Below, piece by piece: positions 58,266-64,000 of a stretch of 64,000 nt of DNA (within the stretch, counting starts at the first letter, position 1; every line of letters begins with the position of its first letter). The notes under the pieces were generated by a model. It saw nothing but the letters and a program-made list of their open reading frames with translations, was not told the DNA's origin and ran no database searches. Made by a program: the position numbers and the translations under genes. Source of the stretch: an uncultured Gammaproteobacteria bacterium (GTDB lineage: Bacteria; Patescibacteriota; Patescibacteriia; Magasanikbacterales; UBA922); the NCBI GenBank assembly GCA_964473715.1, contig CAYYQC010000001.1:60674-124673 (forward strand), written 5' to 3'.

Positions 58266-59732
58266 TTAACTTTCTAAGATTTTTACTATAGCCTGGCGTA
58301 CCTTTTTCTGGTCTACAATTTCCTGGATACCAGATTCCATGTTCCGAATCAAAACTGTACCGTCTTGAACTTCTTTTTGGCCCAAAATCAGGGTATGAGT
58401 AGCATTGTACTTATTGGCCAATTCTAATTGGACCTTGAGAGAGGACTTGGCCAAATTATGACGCACCACAATTCCACCCTGACGTAATTCTTCAATCAAT
58501 TTAAGAACGCGACGGCGAGCCTGCTCTCCTAGATGCGCAAAGAATACTACTGGCTTACTTGGACCCGGAAGATCAGCGATAGTAGTTCCAGAGGCTAGAG
58601 CTGCGGCTTTGGCTGCGGCAATCCGCTCTACAGCGGCAGCAATCCGTTCCATACCCATGGCAAAACCAGCAGCAGGTGTAGACTGTCCACCAAGCTGCTC
58701 AATGAGGAGATCGTAACGACCACCACCACCAAGCGCACTTTGGGCAGTTTCATTTACACTATCTTCGTATAATTCAAAAACTGTGTGAGTATAATAATCC
58801 AAACCGCGCACTAAATTTGGGGTAAGTACATAAGGAATTCCCAGTTCATCCAAATACTCAAGCACACTCATGAAAAATGCTTTGGACGGTTCTGACAGCC
58901 AATCAACAATTTGAGGAGCTTCAGCCACTACAGTAGCACAACTTTCATTTTTACAATCTAAAACACGAAGTGGATTTTTGAGCAAACGTTTTTTACAATC
59001 CTCACATAAGTAACCACGCTTAGTACGGAAAAAACCAGTAAGTTCTACTAAATAATTTTGACGGTCATCTGGCGTACCCAGCGAATTAATACGAACTGTA
59101 GTTGATAAACCAAGATCACGTAAATAATTATACGCAACCGCAATTAATTCCGCGTCAATTACTGGTGCAGATTCACCAATTGTTTCACAATCAAATTGAT
59201 GAAATTCACGATAGCGCCCAGCCTGTGGACGATCGTAACGGAAGAGTGGTCCAATACTCCACATTTTTACTGGTTGTGATTGAGTGTGCAGGCCGTGCAT
59301 AACATAGGCACGAGCAACAGAGGCAGTCATTTCTGGACGCAAACAAATTTTACCACCATCACGATCTTCAAACGCATACATTTCTTTATCTACCACATCA
59401 GTACCACGACCAATTGAGCGCACAAACAAAGAAGTTTGTTCAACCGTTGGAGTTTCAAAATAATGAAAATCATAGGCAGTGGCAATGTCTGCGGCAGTAC
59501 GCCACATGTGCAACCAACCATCACCTTCTGGAGGCAAAATGTCTTTCATACCACGCACAGTAGCCAATTGATTGGCAACTTTTTTTCCTGCGTCTTCGGA
59601 TACTGGTTTAGCAGCTGGAACAGTTGTTGGTTTTTTAACAAATGGTTTAGGTGCAGTTTTTACTGCCGCGACTTTTGGTTGTGGTTTAGACATAGTCGCT
59701 TTATTATTTTTTACTACTTTTTTAGATGACAT
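58266..59732 (-). CDS. hisS: Histidine--tRNA ligase
   Basis: RGMKDILP; LRPEMTASVAR; FRYDRPQAGRYREF; LVRGLDYY; GGGRYD. Confidence 0.97.
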   Translation of the reverse strand: MSSKKVVKNNKATMSKPQPKVAAVKTAPKPFVKKPTTVPAAKPVSEDAGKKVANQLATVRGMKDILPPEGDGWLHMWRTAADIATAYDFHYFETPTVEQTSLFVRSIGRGTDVVDKEMYAFEDRDGGKICLRPEMTASVARAYVMHGLHTQSQPVKMWSIGPLFRYDRPQAGRYREFHQFDCETIGESAPVIDAELIAVAYNYLRDLGLSTTVRINSLGTPDDRQNYLVELTGFFRTKRGYLCEDCKKRLLKNPLRVLDCKNESCATVVAEAPQIVDWLSEPSKAFFMSVLEYLDELGIPYVLTPNLVRGLDYYTHTVFELYEDSVNETAQSALGGGGRYDLLIEQLGGQSTPAAGFAMGMERIAAAVERIAAAKAAALASGTTIADLPGPSKPVVFFAHLGEQARRRVLKLIEELRQGGIVVRHNLAKSSLKVQLELANKYNATHTLILGQKEVQDGTVLIRNMESGIQEIVDQKKVRQAIVKILES

Positions 59733-59753
59733 ACGATTAATTAATAGAGCAAC

Positions 59754-60368
59754 TTAGTAAGTGGGAGAACTAAAGGCTGACACTCTTGAAAATGGCCAAC
59801 CACGCACCCATACTCGACCCACAATATCACTGCCATCAATAGCACCAAAGCGACGTGAATCAAAACTAGCATCACGATTATCTCCCATTACAAAGTATTG
59901 ATCAGTGCCAAGCGTGAGAGTGACTGAACCCGCAGTTTCTTCAATTAAATATTCTTCGGGAAGTACTAATCCTTGAGGATTTTCCTCATTATAAATAATA
60001 ACTTTATTGGATTCTACTTTTACTCGTTCCCCTGGCAAGCCAATAATTCTTTTGAGGAAAAAATCATTGGTTGGATGATATTCAAATACCACCACATCGC
60101 CCCGATGGGGTTCATGAAACCGGTAGCTAAGTTCATCAATAATCAAGTAATCACGCTCTTCAAAATTAGGTTCCATTGATTGGCCTTTAACATAAAATGG
60201 CTTGAATAAGAAATATCGCACCAAGCCAATGGCAATACCAGCTAAAATCGCAATTTTAAGGAGTTCTAGTAGTACTGAACCAACTTTGGCAATTTTACTT
60301 TGAGGATTCACATCTTCAACCTCTTCATTTTCATGGTCATCATGCTCATGAGTCATATCAACCACCAA
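59754..60368 (-). CDS. lepB: Signal peptidase I
   Basis: GQSMEP; KRIIGLPGE; GDNRDASFDSRRFG. Confidence 0.95.
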   Translation of the reverse strand: MVVDMTHEHDDHENEEVEDVNPQSKIAKVGSVLLELLKIAILAGIAIGLVRYFLFKPFYVKGQSMEPNFEERDYLIIDELSYRFHEPHRGDVVVFEYHPTNDFFLKRIIGLPGERVKVESNKVIIYNEENPQGLVLPEEYLIEETAGSVTLTLGTDQYFVMGDNRDASFDSRRFGAIDGSDIVGRVWVRGWPFSRVSAFSSPTY

Positions 60369-60465
60369 TTAAAAATAATATTCTAGACCAATAATACCCT
60401 ATTTTTAAGCCAAAAGTCAATGGCCGGTTGCAGAGCTCTTTTAGGGGTGTTATGCTCTCCTAACT

Positions 60466-61080
60466 ATGCCTTCATCCCCTATTTCCCAGATTATTAGTGA
60501 TTTGCAAGCCGGAAAAATGGTAATTATTTTTGATGATAATCCTGGCCGTGAACTTGAAGCAGACCTGGTTATAGCCGCCTCCTTGGTCACGCCCGAAGCC
60601 ATTCGATTTATGGCTCATTTAGGTGGTGGGATTATTTGCGTGACCATGCCAGCCGCTCGGCTAGATGAACTATGTATTCCACCCATGACTGATAAACCCA
60701 CGGACCCTTTGGGAACAGGCTGGGCTCTGTCAGTCGATGCAATCGGGACTGGTACAGGAATATCAGCGCATGACCGTGCCACGACTATTAAAAAATTGAC
60801 TGACCCAAACTCTTTGGCAGGTGATTTTATTCGACCAGGCCATGTATTTCCACTTCGCGCCAAAGCTGGCGGAGTTTTGGAACGTCCCGGTCACACAGAA
60901 TCTTCAGTGGAATTAGTGAGATTAGCCGGATTTTTTCCTGCCGCGGTAATTTGCGAAATTATGTTACCAGACGGACACATGGCGCGTCACGCAGATACTA
61001 TTGAATATGCGCGCAAACATAAAATTAATTTTTGCCAGATCAGCGAAATTATTGATTTTGTAAAAATTGTACATACGTAA
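60466..61080 (+). CDS. ribB: 3,4-dihydroxy-2-butanone 4-phosphate synthase
   Basis: RELEADL; TGISAHDRA.T; RPGHVFPL; GVLERPGHTE; ICEI. Confidence 0.93.
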   Translation: MPSSPISQIISDLQAGKMVIIFDDNPGRELEADLVIAASLVTPEAIRFMAHLGGGIICVTMPAARLDELCIPPMTDKPTDPLGTGWALSVDAIGTGTGISAHDRATTIKKLTDPNSLAGDFIRPGHVFPLRAKAGGVLERPGHTESSVELVRLAGFFPAAVICEIMLPDGHMARHADTIEYARKHKINFCQISEIIDFVKIVHT

Positions 61081-61121
61081 ACAATCTGTTATGCTTTGAA
61101 AGTTATTTATATATACCCTGT

Positions 61122-61697
61122 ATGAAATTATCCGTAAATTTAACTCTAACTTTAGCCGCGACCATTATTCTTACTGGCGCAGGTTGCGCGCAAAATACTT
61201 CTAAACCAACAAGCACAGCCGTGGTTCCAGAAGGATATGCCACACATGATGTTGCAGGCCAACATTTTACCATTAGTTATCCTTCTAATTGGGAAGATAA
61301 TCGTACAGACATTGAGGGTACCGATTATGAAGCATTATTCTACGCACCATATGAAAATGATGAGGATGTTTTTGCAGATAATTTTTCAGTAAATGAAATT
61401 GTAGCTCCAAAAAATAATCTCACCGTTAAGCAATACTTTGACACTAATATGGCAGCCATTGAATCAGAAGGTGGATACAAACATATTAGCACCACAGATA
61501 TTACAACAGACGGTTATGCGGCCAAACGCTGGGAAGCCACCAAAGTATCAGAAAAATCAGGCGAACTTCATTTTGTGCAGGCTTATGCACTCACACCTGA
61601 CAATGCTTATGTAGTCACCTGCACCATGTCAGAATCAAGCAAAGACTTATATATTGACTCATGTGATAAAATTATTGGCTCACTAAAATTTAGATAA
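61122..61697 (+). CDS. PsbP/DcrB-like lipoprotein
   Basis: LTGAG-C lipobox; FTISYPSNW; C-terminal IIGSLKF. Confidence 0.75.
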   Translation: MKLSVNLTLTLAATIILTGAGCAQNTSKPTSTAVVPEGYATHDVAGQHFTISYPSNWEDNRTDIEGTDYEALFYAPYENDEDVFADNFSVNEIVAPKNNLTVKQYFDTNMAAIESEGGYKHISTTDITTDGYAAKRWEATKVSEKSGELHFVQAYALTPDNAYVVTCTMSESSKDLYIDSCDKIIGSLKFR

Positions 61698-61710
61698 AAA
61701 ATATTGAATT

Positions 61711-61739
61711 ATAAAACCCGCCTCATCAGCGGGTTTTAT
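61711..61739. terminator. Bidirectional intrinsic terminator
   Basis: ataaaacccgc-ctcatca-gcgggttttat between convergent genes. Confidence 0.8.
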
Positions 61740-61754
61740 TTTTACACGAGAAGT

Positions 61755-63998
61755 TTAGCGAACTAACATGAGGTCATCAATTTCTTCTCCAAGCAAAGTA
61801 TCACCGTAATCAATAGTCACTCTATGAATTGGTTTATTTGATTTTACACCAAGATAGGTGGTGACTGCAGAAGGGATATTATTCTTTTGGAACACACCAA
61901 TAACTGCATTATATTCACCATACACAGTAATAATTGGACTTACTTGTTGACCATACTTATTGCCACCACCCAAGAAAAAACCAAAAGCTTTGACAGGAGT
62001 ATTAAAGCCTATAATTAAAGGGTCGTTAGCACTAGTGTTTGGTGAGGTTGCATTATTAAATAATGAATATTCACCAGATGATGTATATTCACCACCACGA
62101 TTAGCACTGGAAGTAAAAATCGCTGTACCCTTATTGGACCAAATAGTTACACCATAAGCGCTTGTATATTTGGTAATCACAGGACCAACCGCATCTTCAA
62201 AATTAATTTTAGATGGTTGCATACCAATCAAATTAGCCAAAGAAATTTCTGTGGTACTAGTCGCAACAGTGGCTGGTGGCGGAGTAACTGCGGCTGAAGT
62301 TTTAAATGAGAAGTATCGATATTCTGACCATGTACCATACAAATTATCACCCGTTACTTTATCTATATACACAGCCCGAGTACGTGCGCGAAATTCATTG
62401 TCTCCTGGGAGTGCAAAAGTAGTTACTTTCGCATAACCACTTTCTGGTTGCAAAGCACTAAATTTATATGCAGCACTAGACCATTTACTAGAGCCACAGT
62501 AATCACAGTAAATTTCCACTTCGTAATGACGCGCACCAGTTAACGGCACAATGGAAATTTCAGCAACCCGAGGATAGGCAGTTAGAACTTGATTTGTAGT
62601 TGGAGCAACAAAACTTGGAGTCAATGAAAGATTTGGACCAGTTACTACTGGTGCAGTTGTTTTAGCTGGAACAAAGAACCGTGTAACAATAACATCATCG
62701 ACTTCTACCGGCATACCAGGAATACCTGAAACACCATCGTTATTACGCGCAAACGCATACAATAAAACCCACTTACCACGATAATAATCGGTCACAGTAA
62801 AAGTCTGAGTAGGGCTACTACTAAATGATGTTATCTTTGCCATTTCGCGTGTTCTTGCATCTGTGAAATCCACTTTAACAGAGCCATTTTCCACCCAAAC
62901 AAAACCATAGGTAAGACCTCCACTCACTTTTGGAGTTAACACTAGTTTTAATTTTTCTACATTTTGACTAATACTAGCGTCATCTGGATTCCAAGGATAA
63001 TTAAATCCGGAACCATAACTAACATAATTGGAATACCCAACTTCAGAATTATTTTCTGTTACTGAGAGTTTTAAAAGTAAATCAGTCTGATTCACAGAAG
63101 GATTAACAGCGGTTTTAGCAGGAACATATACACGTGCTACCGCAATATCATCCACTTCTACTGGCATACCTGGAACACCAGAAATACCATCATTATTACG
63201 AACAAACACTTGGATAAATACCCACTTACCACGATAATAATCAGTAAGTTGAATACTATTCTTTGGACTAGAATTGAAATTTACTAACTTGGCTGAATTT
63301 TTGGTCATTGCATCTGTAAAATCTACTTTGGCAGTACCATTGTCTGACCAAATAAATCCATAGGTTAAATTACCAGTCACTTTTGGAGTAACTATTAAAT
63401 GCAAAGTATTCACATTTTGGGCAATGTTCGCTTCTTTTGGAGACCATGGGTATCCAGCACCTGAACCATAACTAACTTCAGTCATTAAACGATCTGTAGA
63501 CAAATCCTCATTAACCCAAAATTTGGAAATTAAATCTGTTTGGCTACTACTTTGAACCGGAGTACCTGAACATGGTTTCCATGAAACATAGTACCGATTA
63601 TTTGAACCACAGCTCATGGTGTATTCACGAAGACCATTGCCCGCGTCACGACATGAACTCGTTAATGTGGTTGGCGCGTCATTAGCAGTGCGCTTAATTT
63701 CAATATTTTTACCAACCTGTTTACATGAATATACATCTACAAAATTTCCACCAGTTTCCAAAGTTTGTGGATTTACTGGAGTAGTTGGCTCAGTTGATGT
63801 AGAAGTTGGAACTGGAACTAAAACGGGATTTTGTCCGCCAATCACCACACCGCCCTGACTTGGGTCAGCCAAAATTTCTGCAGGAGTAATAGTTTGATTA
63901 CTAATCGATGCAGTTTGGAATAAACTTGAACTAATAATATGTACATCTCCGCTTAATGGCGCTGGCAATGTACCAACAATCTTTCTCAAAACACCATT
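61755..63998 (-). CDS. Large probable surface protein, 5'-truncated by window edge, with a duplicated domain of about 145 aa
   Basis: Frame is open to the window edge; two copies of VSYGSG..YPW.P...LTYGF.W..NG..KVDFTDA...TDYYRGKWV...RNNDG.SG.PGMPVEVDD. Confidence 0.8.
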   Translation of the reverse strand, partial: NGVLRKIVGTLPAPLSGDVHIISSSLFQTASISNQTITPAEILADPSQGGVVIGGQNPVLVPVPTSTSTEPTTPVNPQTLETGGNFVDVYSCKQVGKNIEIKRTANDAPTTLTSSCRDAGNGLREYTMSCGSNNRYYVSWKPCSGTPVQSSSQTDLISKFWVNEDLSTDRLMTEVSYGSGAGYPWSPKEANIAQNVNTLHLIVTPKVTGNLTYGFIWSDNGTAKVDFTDAMTKNSAKLVNFNSSPKNSIQLTDYYRGKWVFIQVFVRNNDGISGVPGMPVEVDDIAVARVYVPAKTAVNPSVNQTDLLLKLSVTENNSEVGYSNYVSYGSGFNYPWNPDDASISQNVEKLKLVLTPKVSGGLTYGFVWVENGSVKVDFTDARTREMAKITSFSSSPTQTFTVTDYYRGKWVLLYAFARNNDGVSGIPGMPVEVDDVIVTRFFVPAKTTAPVVTGPNLSLTPSFVAPTTNQVLTAYPRVAEISIVPLTGARHYEVEIYCDYCGSSKWSSAAYKFSALQPESGYAKVTTFALPGDNEFRARTRAVYIDKVTGDNLYGTWSEYRYFSFKTSAAVTPPPATVATSTTEISLANLIGMQPSKINFEDAVGPVITKYTSAYGVTIWSNKGTAIFTSSANRGGEYTSSGEYSLFNNATSPNTSANDPLIIGFNTPVKAFGFFLGGGNKYGQQVSPIITVYGEYNAVIGVFQKNNIPSAVTTYLGVKSNKPIHRVTIDYGDTLLGEEIDDLMLVR

Positions 63999-64000
63999 GT

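Noticed and set aside
1-64000. CRISPR array, rRNA, alternative genetic code
   Set aside because: No spaced direct-repeat array or rRNA-like sequence was seen; conserved genes translate full length in table 11 without TGA read-through.

Overview
AT-rich (roughly 35-40% GC by eye) bacterial chromosome segment, translation table 11. Gene content points to Patescibacteria/CPR, probably Parcubacteria/ABY1-like (inference): DUF5663 protein, VirB2/TrbC-like pilin-anchored giant surface proteins, TSP3-like repeat membrane proteins, and housekeeping genes without Shine-Dalgarno (SD) sites. Core genes are smpB-ssrA(tmRNA)-infC-rpmI-rplT, tRNA-Asp, pyk, ogt-like, nrdR, ftsZ, ftsA, dgkA, ybeY, yqeY, rpsU, hisS, lepB and ribB, plus a glycosyltransferase/O-antigen-ligase cluster and prenyltransferases. 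The most unusual signal is three separate high-GC (about 60-70% by eye) single-gene units at 8493-9827, 10374-11342 and 30526-31173. All three share one architecture: an AT-rich, near-consensus extended-sigma70 promoter, an untranslated leader (long and hairpin-rich in two), a GGAG SD, a GC3-rich ORF with a signal peptide and myxobacteria-like surface motifs, a TAG stop and a hairpin trailer. One ORF ends in an outer-membrane beta-barrel signal. No mobility genes lie nearby. They look tuned for translation and assembly in a high-GC diderm cell rather than in the encoding cell (hypothesis). Two related observations: rpsU is the only native gene checked with a strong SD, and a long hairpin after rplT displays an anti-SD-like loop.
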